Shown here: positions 41,103 through 51,538 of the stretch, piece by piece
How positions within the stretch are numbered: position 1 is the first letter of the stretch
How the letters are laid out: each line of letters opens with the position of its first letter
NCBI GenBank assembly: GCA_009784945.1
Contig: WQXH01000001.1
Span: 23,257 to 87,256 of the forward strand
Direction: 5' to 3'
Length of the DNA: 64,000 nt
Source: Coriobacteriia bacterium
GTDB taxonomy: Bacteria > Actinomycetota > Coriobacteriia > Coriobacteriales > UBA8131
Program-made: the position numbers and the translations under genes
The notes under the pieces: model-generated
The model's database searches: none
What the model was told of the DNA's origin: nothing
Seen by the model: only the letters and a program-made list of their open reading frames with translations

Positions 41103-42818
41103 ATGAGCCAACTCTATGCTCCCACACTCAAGGAAGATCCGGTAGACGCTGAGGTAATCTCGCACAAGCTGCTGTTGCGCGCTGCCATGATGCGTAAAGT
41201 TGCCGCAGGGGTATACTCCTTTCTGCCCCTGGGCTTGAGGGTGCTGCGCAAGGTTGAACAAATCATACGTGAGGAACAAGATCGCATAGGTGCGCAAGAG
41301 ATGATTATGTCTATCATTCAACCAGCCGAGCTTTGGCACGAAAGCGGCAGGTGGGATGTCTACGGCCCCGAGCTCATGCGCTTTTTAGATCGTCATGATC
41401 ACGGCTTTGCTCTGTCGCCTACACAGGAGGAGCTTATTACTTCTCTGGTGCGCGATGAGCTTCGCTCTTACCGTGAGCTACCCAAGAGCCTCTATCATAT
41501 TCAATGGAAGTATCGCGACGAAATCAGGCCACGCTTTGGGCTGCTGAGAGGGCGCGAGTTTGTCATGAAGGACGCCTACAGCTTTCATGCTACCCAGGAG
41601 TCCTTGCAAGAGCACTACGACGAGCAGTCCGCCGCCTACGGACGCATTTGTGACCGGCTCGGACTTGACTGGCGTCCTGTAGAGGCCGATAGCGGACAAA
41701 TCGGTGGTAGCGTAACCACCGAGTTCATGGCGCTTGCCGAAGCGGGAGAAGACGGCATTCTCTATTGCGACTGCGGTTTTGCGGCCAATGCTGAGGTTGC
41801 TCTTGCGGAGTTTGAGCTTGAGGAATATCGACCACACGAAACCAATGGCGAGCTTACAAAAATACATACCCCAGAGATTGCAAGCATTGAGGAGTTGACT
41901 AGCTTCCTTTCAATTGACAAAAAGTCTACCGTCAAGGCCTTGGCAACAAAGAGTGCAGACGGTGCTGTAACTCTGTTGTTCATTCCCGGAAGCCATGACC
42001 TGGCAGCCATCAAGGCAGATCGACTCTTGCCTGGATTTACCTTTATGACCGACGAAGAGATGGAGGGAGCCGGCTTGGTCAAAGGCTTTATGGGGCCCGT
42101 TGGCCTGCCCGATAAAGTACGAGTCGTGGCAGACAGCTCTCTTAGAGAGCTCTCTCGTTGGCTCACTGGAGCCAACGAGAGTGACTATCACGTGGCTGGC
42201 GCAAAGCCAGGGCGCGATTTTGAGGTGGACAGCTGGGCAGACCTCAGCGTTGCGCTACCTGGAGATGCTTGCTCGGTTTGCGGTCTGCCACTCAAGGGCG
42301 CACGCGGCATAGAGGTAGGCCAGGTATTTCAGCTGGGCACCAAGTATTCCGAATCTATGCAAGCAAGCTTCATGGATGCGGATGGATTAGAGAAGCACTT
42401 CATTATGGGCTGTTATGGCTGGGGGGTGACTCGAAGCATTGCCGCTGTCGTCGAACAGCACTATGATGACAACGGCATCATATGGCCTATCAGCGTTGCG
42501 CCAGCAGAGGTTGTCATTATTCCGCTAGCCTCTGGCGATGAGGAGGTTGAACCCACGGCAGAAAGCTTGGCAGAGCTCCTTACAGAGAGGGGCATTGAGT
42601 CTGTTATAGACGATCGAGACGAGCGCGCTGGCGTTAAATTCAATGATGCCGACCTCATTGGCTGGCCATATCAGCTGATTGTAGGAAAGCGAGGGCTTGC
42701 AGAGGGTATAGTTGAGCTTAAAACCCGTGTCACCAACGAAAAGTCCACTCTCGCCCTTTCAGAGGCAGTAGACACTGTTGAAGGGCTCGTACTCGAAGCC
42801 AGAAGGAGCTACCTGTAA
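41103..42818 (+). CDS. proS: Proline--tRNA ligase (bacterial type with INS editing domain)
   Basis: MSQLYAPTLKE..., class II motifs (FRDE-like KYRDEIRPRFGLLRGREF), an insertion domain and an anticodon-binding C-terminus. ATG 41103 is preferred over 41073, which overlaps ispG. Confidence 0.9.
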   Translation: MSQLYAPTLKEDPVDAEVISHKLLLRAAMMRKVAAGVYSFLPLGLRVLRKVEQIIREEQDRIGAQEMIMSIIQPAELWHESGRWDVYGPELMRFLDRHDHGFALSPTQEELITSLVRDELRSYRELPKSLYHIQWKYRDEIRPRFGLLRGREFVMKDAYSFHATQESLQEHYDEQSAAYGRICDRLGLDWRPVEADSGQIGGSVTTEFMALAEAGEDGILYCDCGFAANAEVALAEFELEEYRPHETNGELTKIHTPEIASIEELTSFLSIDKKSTVKALATKSADGAVTLLFIPGSHDLAAIKADRLLPGFTFMTDEEMEGAGLVKGFMGPVGLPDKVRVVADSSLRELSRWLTGANESDYHVAGAKPGRDFEVDSWADLSVALPGDACSVCGLPLKGARGIEVGQVFQLGTKYSESMQASFMDADGLEKHFIMGCYGWGVTRSIAAVVEQHYDDNGIIWPISVAPAEVVIIPLASGDEEVEPTAESLAELLTERGIESVIDDRDERAGVKFNDADLIGWPYQLIVGKRGLAEGIVELKTRVTNEKSTLALSEAVDTVEGLVLEARRSYL

Positions 42819-42909
42819 ATCATGGAAGCTTTACCAATACTGCCTTTTGCCACTTTGCCATCAAGCGATTTTCTGAGCAATTCTCTCAGTACGTGTTGCT
42901 AAGCTGCAC

Positions 42910-43794
42910 ATGATTTCTGTCGTACACACTGTCATGTTTGTATTCATCTTTGCCTTTGGTGCAATGATCGGCAGTTTCCTCAATGTGGTTATTTATCGTC
43001 TTCCAAAAAAGGAAAACTTTGTCGCGGGGAGTTCCTACTGCCCTCGCTGCAATCACAAGCTCAAGGCTCTCGATCTTGTTCCCATTGCGAGCTACCTCTT
43101 TCTTGGCAGAACTTGCAGATATTGTAAACAAGCAATCTCACCTCGATATATGCTCATTGAGGGGCTCACAGGTGCCTTGGCCATTTTAAGCTATGCGGCC
43201 TTCTTTCCACCTGCCGGTTTTTTGCTCAGTATTGACCCGACGCTTGTCTTTGTTGCAGGCGCCAAGGAAGTCGGGCTGCTCTCACCTTGGTTTCCTGTTG
43301 ACCTACCCGCCTCTGTTGGCGCTTTGATTGCTGCTGTCATGGTGTTTACGCTGCTTTGCGTCTTGATCGTTGTAACCTTCATAGACGCTGATACGATGGA
43401 AATACCCAACGCCTTGCCCCTATGGATAGTGGTACTGGGCATCCTCAGCTTTGCCTTTGGCTCAACTGCCACATTGCCTTGGTACGACCATCTCATCGGC
43501 GCAGTTATCGTAAGTGTACCAATGCTTTTGCTCGCTTTTTTTATCGTGGGCTCTTTTGGAATGGGTGACATTAAGCTTATTGCTGCCGCAGGCCTCCTCC
43601 TTGGCTGGCAGCTAGTTTTGGTAGCTATTTTCACTGCCATCTTGATAGGAGGCGCTTGGGGCATCTACCTCCTGGTAAGCCGCAAGAAAGGGCGCAAAGA
43701 GCACTTTGCCTTTGGCCCGGCGCTCTGCTTTGGCATAGCCAATAGTATTTTTTCAGGCCAACAAATCATCAACTGGTACCTGGGATTCTTCTAG
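42910..43794 (+). CDS. pilD: Type IV prepilin peptidase (A24 family) with N-terminal zinc-binding domain
   Basis: CPRCNHKL...CRYCKQAI (N-terminal Cys pairs), a polytopic membrane protein, and the catalytic-Asp contexts FIDADTMEIP and GMGDIKL. Confidence 0.85.
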   Translation: MISVVHTVMFVFIFAFGAMIGSFLNVVIYRLPKKENFVAGSSYCPRCNHKLKALDLVPIASYLFLGRTCRYCKQAISPRYMLIEGLTGALAILSYAAFFPPAGFLLSIDPTLVFVAGAKEVGLLSPWFPVDLPASVGALIAAVMVFTLLCVLIVVTFIDADTMEIPNALPLWIVVLGILSFAFGSTATLPWYDHLIGAVIVSVPMLLLAFFIVGSFGMGDIKLIAAAGLLLGWQLVLVAIFTAILIGGAWGIYLLVSRKKGRKEHFAFGPALCFGIANSIFSGQQIINWYLGFF

Positions 43795-43839
43795 CGCTGA
43801 GCTATACTGGAATTTGTTAATACTCATTATGGAGGAAGT

Positions 43840-44922
43840 ATGAATAAGAAGGACTTGCTATTTCTCAAGGAGCTTACTGAGGCTCCTTCGCCAAGTGGAT
43901 TTGAGGTGCCTGCGGCGGATATTTTGCGCAAGCGACTTGCAGAAGTGGCAGACAGTGTAGAGACGAACGTACTTGGTAGCGTTCACGCCACACTCAAAGG
44001 CAAAGGCAACGGGCCAAGCGTCATGATAGCGGGTCATCTTGACGAGATTGGTCTGATGGTTACCTATATATCTGATGAAGGTTTCATCAGTTTTGAGGCT
44101 ATTGGTGGAGTTGATGCGGCAGTCTTACCAGGCATGAGGGTAAACATGTATCCAACCGGTGAGGAGTCCACGCAGGGGCAAGTTCTACGTGGGGTGATGG
44201 GACGCAAGCCTATTCACCTCATTGAGCCTGATGATCGCAAGAATGTCACAAAAATAGAACAGCTCTTCATAGATGCAGGCTTGGATGGCAAAAAGCTTAA
44301 AAAGCTGTTGCGCGTGGGCGATCCCATTACCTATGGCGTTGGCTTTGAGGAATTTGGAGATGGGTTTGCGGTGGCCAGAGCCTTTGACGATAAAATCGGG
44401 GTCTGGGCAGCTGCGCGTGTCTTGGAAGAAGTCAAAAAGGCCGGAGGAGCAGCCGGAGATGTTATAGCTGCTGGTACCGTGCAAGAGGAGATAGGGCTGC
44501 GCGGTGGCATTACCTCTGCCTACGATATTAACCCCAGCATTGGCATTGGTGTAGACGTTGGGCACGCCACTGACTACCCTGACATCAACAAAAAAAAGTA
44601 TGGACAGGCAGACTGCGGCAAGGGTCCCATCATAGCTCGTGGGCCTAATATCAATCCCGTGCTGTTTGAGAGAATGGTAGCTGCTGCCAATAAACTTAAG
44701 ATTGCTTATCAAATAGGCCCAGAGTCCAGGGGCACTGGCACCGATGCAAATCCCATACAGCTTTCTCGCGGCGGCAAGGTGGCGGGGCTGGTAAGCATAC
44801 CCACCCGATACATGCATACCCCTACAGAAGTCATCATGCTCTCTGATCTTGAGGCAGCGGTTAAGATTATCACCTGCTGTATCTTGGATTTGGATGAGAA
44901 AGCTGACTTTGTGCCCAGGTAA
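43840..44922 (+). CDS. M42 family glutamyl aminopeptidase / FrvX-like peptidase
   Basis: LTEAPSPSGFE, AGHLDEIG, AFDDKIG and QEEIGLRG motifs. Confidence 0.85.
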   Translation: MNKKDLLFLKELTEAPSPSGFEVPAADILRKRLAEVADSVETNVLGSVHATLKGKGNGPSVMIAGHLDEIGLMVTYISDEGFISFEAIGGVDAAVLPGMRVNMYPTGEESTQGQVLRGVMGRKPIHLIEPDDRKNVTKIEQLFIDAGLDGKKLKKLLRVGDPITYGVGFEEFGDGFAVARAFDDKIGVWAAARVLEEVKKAGGAAGDVIAAGTVQEEIGLRGGITSAYDINPSIGIGVDVGHATDYPDINKKKYGQADCGKGPIIARGPNINPVLFERMVAAANKLKIAYQIGPESRGTGTDANPIQLSRGGKVAGLVSIPTRYMHTPTEVIMLSDLEAAVKIITCCILDLDEKADFVPR

Positions 44923-44927
44923 ATGCG

Positions 44928-45407
44928 ATGACTAAAGAGCAGCCCAAACAAAAGGTGCTCGCCAAAAACAGGCGAGCTTCATTTGATTATGAGATTCTCG
45001 AAACCTTTGAGGCGGGAGTAGTGCTCTCCGGCACCGAAGTGCGCTCACTTAGAGAGGGAGGCGGGCAGCTCACCGATACCTTTGCCCTTGTACGCAAGGG
45101 AGAGGCGTGGCTGCATGGCCTGCATATAAAGCCCTACAGCCACGGCAACCGAGCAAACCTCGATCCAGATAGAGTGCGCAAACTTTTGCTGCACAAAAAA
45201 CAAATACGACATCTAGGCGATAAAACCGCTCAAGACGGACTGACCCTTGTGCCTATTGTGCTCTATTTTAACGAAGATCAACGTGTTAAAGTGGAGCTGG
45301 GTCTTTGCAAGGGTAAAAAGCGCTATGATAAACGACAGAGCATTGCTAGCCGAGATACTAAGATCGACATTGAGCGTGCGCTCAAGGCACGAAATCGCGA
45401 AGGTTAG
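44928..45407 (+). CDS. smpB: SsrA-binding protein
   Basis: NRRASFDYEILETFEAGVVLSGTEVRSLR and a C-terminal basic tail. No tmRNA gene is seen nearby. Confidence 0.95.
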   Translation: MTKEQPKQKVLAKNRRASFDYEILETFEAGVVLSGTEVRSLREGGGQLTDTFALVRKGEAWLHGLHIKPYSHGNRANLDPDRVRKLLLHKKQIRHLGDKTAQDGLTLVPIVLYFNEDQRVKVELGLCKGKKRYDKRQSIASRDTKIDIERALKARNREG

Positions 45408-45450
45408 CAAGCAAGGCAACCGGTGCGTGCAAAAGAAAGAGAGGCCTGGT

Positions 45451-46824
45451 GTGACATCTCCTGTTGTAGTTGTTGGACATCAAAATCCAGATAATGACTC
45501 TATCAGCTCAGCTGTTGCATACGCCTACCTGAGCAATGAGCTCGAGGCTCGCAAGCTTGAGGCAAATCCTGCCTATAAACCGCTTGCGCATCTAGCGGTG
45601 CGACTCGGTCCAATGCCGCCCGAGAGCACGTGGATACTGGAATCTAATGGATTTGCCATACCTACGCTGATCAGCCATGTTTGTGCACGCGTTTTAGATG
45701 TGATGACACCTAATCCCATATCTATTGCACACAGTGCCCCCCTGATCGATGCTGGCAGGATGCTCAGGCAAAACAATCTGCGTTCTTTGGTGGTAACAGA
45801 TGATGACGGCTTTTATTACGGACTCATTACCACACGCATGATAGCCGAACGATATATTGCCGCCACCGATGTACTTGAAGAGGACGACTCTAATACTTCT
45901 GCCGTAGTAGATGACTTGCTTGCCTCCCTCAAGCAACGAGTAGGAGACTTAACCGAAACTGAAGTGCTTGTATTGGATAAGGAGGGGCTACTCAAAGAGG
46001 CAGTCGAAGACCTTATGGCCAGCTCCTTAAGAGAAGCCGTAGTGCTCGACGATGACCATCGCTGCATAGGAATAGTCACCAGAACCGACATCACCACGCG
46101 CCCCAGACGCAAAGTCATGCTGGTAGACCACAATGACACTATATTGGCTCCACGTGGCATTGAAGAAGCCGATGTCCTGGCAATTATCGACCATCATCGC
46201 ATAGGCGATGTGTCCACTACATCACCCATTCAATTCCTCAATCTGCCAGTAGGTTCAACGGCCACTATCGTGGCTATGGAGTTTGTAAAGCAGGCAGTTG
46301 AAATACCCCCTGGTATTGCCAAGGTGCTCCTTTCTGCCGTTTTAACCGATACGGTAATCCTTAAGTCTCCCACGACCACACAAACCGATAGAGAGCAGGC
46401 CGCCGCCCTTGCTCAAATAGCTGGCGTGAAAGTACAGGAATTTGGGTACGAGGTCTTTACGCATCGTGGCTCCGGAGGAGAGATTTCTGTTGATAAGCTC
46501 GTGGGAACCGATGCAAAGGAATTCCAGATTGGAGAGGTCATGGCGCTCGTGTCTCAATATGAAACCTTTGACCTTGCTGCGGTAATGGAGCATGAGGATG
46601 AGATTCGCTCAGAGATGCGACGCCTGATGGAGCTCCATAACTATGAGTTTGTCTTGCTCATGGTAACAGACATCATTGCTGAAGGCTCACAATTCATGTG
46701 TGAGGGCAATCGTCGTATTGTCAACCGGGTTTTCAACATCAACTGTATAGGCGTAGGTGGAACGTGGATGCCTGGTATATTGAGCCGTAAGAAGCAAGTA
46801 GCTCCTCGCATCCTGGGCAGCTAA
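45451..46824 (+). CDS. ppaC: CBS-domain-containing family II (DHH/DHHA2) inorganic pyrophosphatase
   Basis: VVVGHQNPDNDSISSAVAYAY (DHH motif I/II), an inserted CBS pair, VDHN, IIDHHRIG, and a DHHA2 C-terminus. GTG 45451 is preferred; the listed 45247 start overlaps smpB by 161 nt. Confidence 0.85.
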   Translation: MTSPVVVVGHQNPDNDSISSAVAYAYLSNELEARKLEANPAYKPLAHLAVRLGPMPPESTWILESNGFAIPTLISHVCARVLDVMTPNPISIAHSAPLIDAGRMLRQNNLRSLVVTDDDGFYYGLITTRMIAERYIAATDVLEEDDSNTSAVVDDLLASLKQRVGDLTETEVLVLDKEGLLKEAVEDLMASSLREAVVLDDDHRCIGIVTRTDITTRPRRKVMLVDHNDTILAPRGIEEADVLAIIDHHRIGDVSTTSPIQFLNLPVGSTATIVAMEFVKQAVEIPPGIAKVLLSAVLTDTVILKSPTTTQTDREQAAALAQIAGVKVQEFGYEVFTHRGSGGEISVDKLVGTDAKEFQIGEVMALVSQYETFDLAAVMEHEDEIRSEMRRLMELHNYEFVLLMVTDIIAEGSQFMCEGNRRIVNRVFNINCIGVGGTWMPGILSRKKQVAPRILGS

Positions 46825-46838
46825 GATTGGGTGAGAAG

Positions 46839-47924
46839 ATGAACGACCAACACTATATGAGCAGAGCAATAGAGTTGGCCATGAAAGGTGGTGGCTGGGT
46901 CAATCCCAATCCGCAGGTGGGTGCCCTGGTGGTTAAAGACGACCGTATTATTGCCGAAGGGTATCACGCCCGTTATGGCAAAGCACACGCAGAACGAATT
47001 GCCTTGGCAGCTTGCACCGAGTCTCCCGCAGGCGCAACGCTTTATGTCACCCTTGAGCCGTGTTGTCACACAGGCAAGACTCCTCCCTGTACAGAGGCAA
47101 TCATCCAGAGCGGTATTTCTCATGTTGTTATTGGATCCAGCGACCCCAATCCTCAGGTAAACAGTAGGGGAGTAGACGAACTTCTCAGAGCTGGCATAAC
47201 GGTTGAGTCTGGTTTCATGAAAGAGAGGTGCGACCAGATTAATAGAATTTACTTTCATTACATGGCGCATCACACACCCTATGTACTGGCAAAGTATGCC
47301 ATGACACTTGACGGAAAGGCTGCCACTCGCACCGGAGCTTCTCGCTGGATATCCGGTGAGGAAGCACGAAAGGATGTACATCATCTCAGAAACCGCTATG
47401 CGGCCATAATGGTTGGCATCAATACCGTGCTGTCAGATGATCCCTTGCTAACCTGTCGTGCAGAGGGTGGTAAGAACCCCCTGAGGATAGTCTGTGACTC
47501 ACAGCTCAAAATACCACTGGAGTCTCAGATTGCTCAAACCGCTCGCGAGGTGCCCACCTTGATAGCCACTGTCACTTGCAACCAGGCAAGGCAGCAACAA
47601 CTAGAGGCTTTAGGCTGTTCAGTTGAGCTTCTTCCAGCTAAAGAAGCAAGGGTGGATTTAAAGGCCTTTATTGAGGTGATTGGTAAAGCCGGTATAGACA
47701 GCATTTTACTCGAAGGCGGTTCGGAGCTGCTAGGCTCAGCCTTTGATGCTGCCATCGTGCAGGCTGTACGTTGCTATATTTCTCCCCAGCTGTTTGGTGG
47801 CAATGAGGCTCCTTCTCCGCTTGGAGGCAGAGGAGTTGCCACTCCACAAGATTCCTTTAAACTACGCGGTGTTGAGGTGTCTTTCTTTGGTAATGACTTC
47901 TGCATAGAAGGTGAGGTAGAGTAG
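46839..47924 (+). CDS. ribD: Bifunctional riboflavin biosynthesis deaminase/reductase
   Basis: HAERIAL...PCCHTGKTPPC deaminase zinc site, plus a reductase half (KYAMTLDGK). It begins 15 nt after the ppaC stop; TTG 46827 is an alternative start. Confidence 0.9.
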   Translation: MNDQHYMSRAIELAMKGGGWVNPNPQVGALVVKDDRIIAEGYHARYGKAHAERIALAACTESPAGATLYVTLEPCCHTGKTPPCTEAIIQSGISHVVIGSSDPNPQVNSRGVDELLRAGITVESGFMKERCDQINRIYFHYMAHHTPYVLAKYAMTLDGKAATRTGASRWISGEEARKDVHHLRNRYAAIMVGINTVLSDDPLLTCRAEGGKNPLRIVCDSQLKIPLESQIAQTAREVPTLIATVTCNQARQQQLEALGCSVELLPAKEARVDLKAFIEVIGKAGIDSILLEGGSELLGSAFDAAIVQAVRCYISPQLFGGNEAPSPLGGRGVATPQDSFKLRGVEVSFFGNDFCIEGEVE

Positions 47925-48584
47925 GTGTTCACAGGTATTATTGAAGAAGTTGGTTCTGTAGGGAGCGTTAGGCGTGGTAAGACCTCATCTACACTAACCC
48001 TCTTGGGCAAAGTGGTTTTAGGTGACCTTAAGCTCGGCGACTCAGTGGCGGTTGATGGTGTGTGTCTTACCGCAAGCAAGCTGAGCGCTACTGGTTTTAG
48101 TGCCGATGTCATGCATGAGACGCTCGCTCGCTCGACCCTCGGAAGACTGGCTCAGGGCAGCGCAGTTAATCTTGAGCGCGCTTTGTCAGCGCAGGGTCGC
48201 TTTGGCGGACATATTGTTTCTGGCCATATAGACGGGACAGGCGTGCTCACGAAAATTCAAAATGACGACAATGCGGTGTGGTACACAGTTAGGGCTGATG
48301 CCGCCATCTTGCGCTATGTGGTACTCAAGGGCTCCATTACCATTGATGGCATCAGTCTCACGGTGGCACGGGTGCTTGACGATGGCTTCAGTGTGTCTCT
48401 CATACCTCACACTCTCAAGGAAACGGCGCTTATCAACAAAAAAGTGGGAGATGCGGTAAACCTCGAAAATGACATTATTGGCAAGTACGTTGAGAAGCTT
48501 CTCGCCAGCCCTGCAAAAATCAATATGCACAAAGAGGCTAACAGCACGCTCACACGTGACTTTTTAGTAAATAACGGCTTTTAA
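47925..48584 (+). CDS. ribE: Riboflavin synthase
   Basis: MFTGIIEEVG, a duplicated lumazine-binding repeat (GDSVAVDGVCLT / GSITIDGISLT). GTG start abutting the ribD stop. Confidence 0.9.
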   Translation: MFTGIIEEVGSVGSVRRGKTSSTLTLLGKVVLGDLKLGDSVAVDGVCLTASKLSATGFSADVMHETLARSTLGRLAQGSAVNLERALSAQGRFGGHIVSGHIDGTGVLTKIQNDDNAVWYTVRADAAILRYVVLKGSITIDGISLTVARVLDDGFSVSLIPHTLKETALINKKVGDAVNLENDIIGKYVEKLLASPAKINMHKEANSTLTRDFLVNNGF

Positions 48585-48593
48585 GGAGAAACC

Positions 48594-49823
48594 ATGACCA
48601 AGCAGATCAACTATGATGCAAGCCAGAACTTTGACTCTATCGAAGATGCTTTGGAAGCACTGCAAAAGGGGGAGATGATATTAGTCATTGACGATTATGA
48701 TCGCGAAAACGAGGGGGATTTGGTATGTGCTGCAGAGTTTGCTACGACCTATAACATTAACTTTATGGCAACGTATGCCAAGGGACTTATCTGTATGCCG
48801 ATGTCTGCGGAGTTTTGCGAGCGACTACAAATCCAACAAATGGTCACCGCCAATACCGACAATCACGAGACTGCCTTTACTGTGTCTATAGATCATGTGG
48901 ATACCACCACGGGTATTTCTGCTGCAGAACGCTCTCTGACGGCTCTTAAGTGCGTTGAAGATGGAGTAAAGCCAGAGGATTTTCGACGCCCCGGACATAT
49001 GTTTCCACTACTCTCCAAGCCAAATGGTGTGCTCGATCGTAATGGGCACACTGAGGCTACCGTCGACCTCTTGCGACTTGCCGGGCTTAAGGAGTGCGGC
49101 ATATGCTGCGAAATCATGCGCACTGATGGTGACATGATGAGAACCATGGAGCTGATTGATTTTGCCAGGGAGTGGAATTTCAAGATTATCACCATAGAAG
49201 ACCTTCAGTCTTATCGAAAAACACATGACAAGCTTGTAGAGCGCATTGCAAGCCCCAAGATGCCTACTGAATTTGGAGAATTTATTGCTCATGGATACGT
49301 CAACAAACTTAATGGGGAGCATCACCTTGCGCTGGTAAAGGGAGACCTTGGCAGTGGCGAGGATATCTTAGTACGCGTGCACTCTGAGTGTCTTACCGGA
49401 GATGCCTTTGGGTCGTTGCGCTGCGACTGTGGAGACCAATTCAAGGCTGCCATGGCGCAAATAGAAAACGAAGGCAGAGGAGTGTTGCTTTACATGCGAC
49501 AAGAAGGCCGTGGCATCGGACTTATCAACAAGCTGAAGGCATACGAACTACAAGATGCTGGTATGGACACTGTAGAAGCCAATAGCGCGCTGGGATTTGA
49601 TGGAGATCTACGCGAGTACTTTGTGGGCGCACAAATACTCAAGGACTTGGGTGTCAAATCATTTAGGTTGCTCACCAATAATCCTGAAAAAATCTATGGA
49701 TTGCAGGGATTTGGACTTGAAATAACCAACCGGGTGCCCATTGTCACTGAAACGAGCTCTCATGCATGGGGCTATCTCAAGACAAAACAGGATAAAATGG
49801 GACACATGCTTGAGATGGACTAA
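48594..49823 (+). CDS. ribBA: Bifunctional 3,4-dihydroxy-2-butanone-4-phosphate synthase / GTP cyclohydrolase II
   Basis: [14 protein letters not shown], and the GCH-II zinc site CLTGD...CDCG. Confidence 0.95.
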   Translation: MTKQINYDASQNFDSIEDALEALQKGEMILVIDDYDRENEGDLVCAAEFATTYNINFMATYAKGLICMPMSAEFCERLQIQQMVTANTDNHETAFTVSIDHVDTTTGISAAERSLTALKCVEDGVKPEDFRRPGHMFPLLSKPNGVLDRNGHTEATVDLLRLAGLKECGICCEIMRTDGDMMRTMELIDFAREWNFKIITIEDLQSYRKTHDKLVERIASPKMPTEFGEFIAHGYVNKLNGEHHLALVKGDLGSGEDILVRVHSECLTGDAFGSLRCDCGDQFKAAMAQIENEGRGVLLYMRQEGRGIGLINKLKAYELQDAGMDTVEANSALGFDGDLREYFVGAQILKDLGVKSFRLLTNNPEKIYGLQGFGLEITNRVPIVTETSSHAWGYLKTKQDKMGHMLEMD

Positions 49824-49938
49824 GGGTCTGTGCGCCTGTTAACATGTTTTGCGGTCGTTCGCCGACTCAACATGGCAATCCCTGGCTAGCTCTGCAACAA
49901 TAGCTTTAGGAGCTTAATTGAGATAATAAGGAGTAAGA

Positions 49939-50406
49939 ATGAAAAAGTATGAAGGCAAGCTCGTTAATAACGATATCCGCATCGGCATAGTTGCAGCACG
50001 TTTTAATGAGTTTATCACCAGCAAGCTGCTATCAGGTGCGCTTGATGCGCTCAAGCGCCATGATGTTCACAGCGATGTAGTAGACATAGCTTGGGTGCCT
50101 GGTGCATTTGAAATTCCGCTGACGGCCTCAAAGATGGCTAAAACCGGACGCTACGATGCCATAATATGCCTCGGCACGGTAATCAGGGGTGGCACTACCC
50201 ACTATGACTATGTTTGCAGTGAGGTAACAAAGGGAGTGGCAGCTGTTTCTCTCAGCGAGGGTCTTCCCGTGCTCTTTGGCGTTCTGACCACAGAAAACAT
50301 CGAACAAGCCATAGAGCGCGCTGGTGCCAAGGCGGGCAACAAGGGCTACGAATGTGCCCTCAGTGCCATAGAGATGGTCAACCTGCTACGCGCAATTGAC
50401 TCGTAA
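49939..50406 (+). CDS. ribH: 6,7-dimethyl-8-ribityllumazine synthase
   Basis: [36 protein letters not shown]. Confidence 0.95.
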   Translation: MKKYEGKLVNNDIRIGIVAARFNEFITSKLLSGALDALKRHDVHSDVVDIAWVPGAFEIPLTASKMAKTGRYDAIICLGTVIRGGTTHYDYVCSEVTKGVAAVSLSEGLPVLFGVLTTENIEQAIERAGAKAGNKGYECALSAIEMVNLLRAIDS

Positions 50407-50455
50407 CGTGAGGTAACACACGCTCAAGGATGCACCTGCAACGAGGAGATAACCA

Positions 50456-51520
50456 ATGAATATCAGCATGCAAACAACGACAGCGCCAAAACCTAAACCT
50501 CAAGACGAGAGTAAGCTCGGTTTTGGCCAGGTTTTTACCGATCACATGTTTCTCATGAATTACGACGAAGGCGAGGGCTGGCACGATCCGCGCATTGTAC
50601 CTTATGGCAAGATTGAACTGGATCCAGCTGCCATGTGCCTGCACTATGGACAAGAGGTTTTTGAAGGGCTCAAGGCCTATCGAAGTGCCCAAGGTAAGGT
50701 GCTCTTCTTTCGACCTGAACAAAATATGCAGCGCCTTAACAAGTCGTGCGAACGACTTTGCATTCCGATGCTTGATGAGGACTTTGCCTTAGAGGCCATG
50801 AAGGCTCTGGTAAACCTCGACCAGGATTGGATACCCCGTGCAGAGGGCACCTCTCTTTATATCCGCCCTTTTGTATTTGCTATTGACCCTGCCGTTGGCG
50901 TGCACCCGGGCAAGCATCTGATATTTGCCATCATTCTTTCTCCCGTCGGAGCATATTACCCCGAAGGCATTAACCCAGTGAGAATCCTTGTGGAGACAAC
51001 GTATGTCCGTGCAGTCAGAGGCGGCATGGGCAATGTTAAGTCAGCTGGCAATTACGCTTCTTCTCTCAAGGCTCAAGGCGAGGCCAGCAAACTGGGCTAC
51101 TCACAAGTGATGTGGCTTGACGCCATCGAGCGCAAATACATTGAAGAGGTTGGCGCTATGAATGTCTTCTTTGTTGTAGATGGCGAGGTCATCACGCCCG
51201 CACTTGAGGGCTCCATCTTGCCTGGCATCACTCGCTTGTCCAGCATTGAGCTGTTGCGCTCCTGGGGCTTAACCGTAACCGAACGCCGTATTTCCATTGA
51301 TGAGGTTGCCGCGGCAGCTGCCGCCGGCACGCTGGAAGAGGCTTTTGGTACTGGTACAGCCGTAGTGGTTACCCCTATAGGTGAGTTAAAAGTAGGTCAA
51401 GAAGATGTTGTTATCAACAACGGCAGGATCGGAGCTGTTACTCAACGCCTCTATGACGAGCTCACTGGCATTCAGTGGGGTCGTACGCCTGATACGTTTG
51501 GGTGGGTTACCCCGCTTTAA
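50456..51520 (+). CDS. ilvE: Branched-chain amino acid aminotransferase (fold type IV)
   Basis: FTDHMF, YGQEVFEGLKAYR, and the E.GAMN.FF and LPGITR motifs. Confidence 0.9.
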   Translation: MNISMQTTTAPKPKPQDESKLGFGQVFTDHMFLMNYDEGEGWHDPRIVPYGKIELDPAAMCLHYGQEVFEGLKAYRSAQGKVLFFRPEQNMQRLNKSCERLCIPMLDEDFALEAMKALVNLDQDWIPRAEGTSLYIRPFVFAIDPAVGVHPGKHLIFAIILSPVGAYYPEGINPVRILVETTYVRAVRGGMGNVKSAGNYASSLKAQGEASKLGYSQVMWLDAIERKYIEEVGAMNVFFVVDGEVITPALEGSILPGITRLSSIELLRSWGLTVTERRISIDEVAAAAAAGTLEEAFGTGTAVVVTPIGELKVGQEDVVINNGRIGAVTQRLYDELTGIQWGRTPDTFGWVTPL

Positions 51521-51538
51521 GACTGCAGAGGATATTGA

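Noticed and set aside
45247-45450. N-terminal extension of the CBS-pyrophosphatase ORF overlapping smpB by 161 nt
   Set aside because: The extension has no similarity to DHH proteins and overlaps the smpB 3' end out of frame. GTG 45451 yields the conserved MTSPVVVVGHQNPDNDS start.
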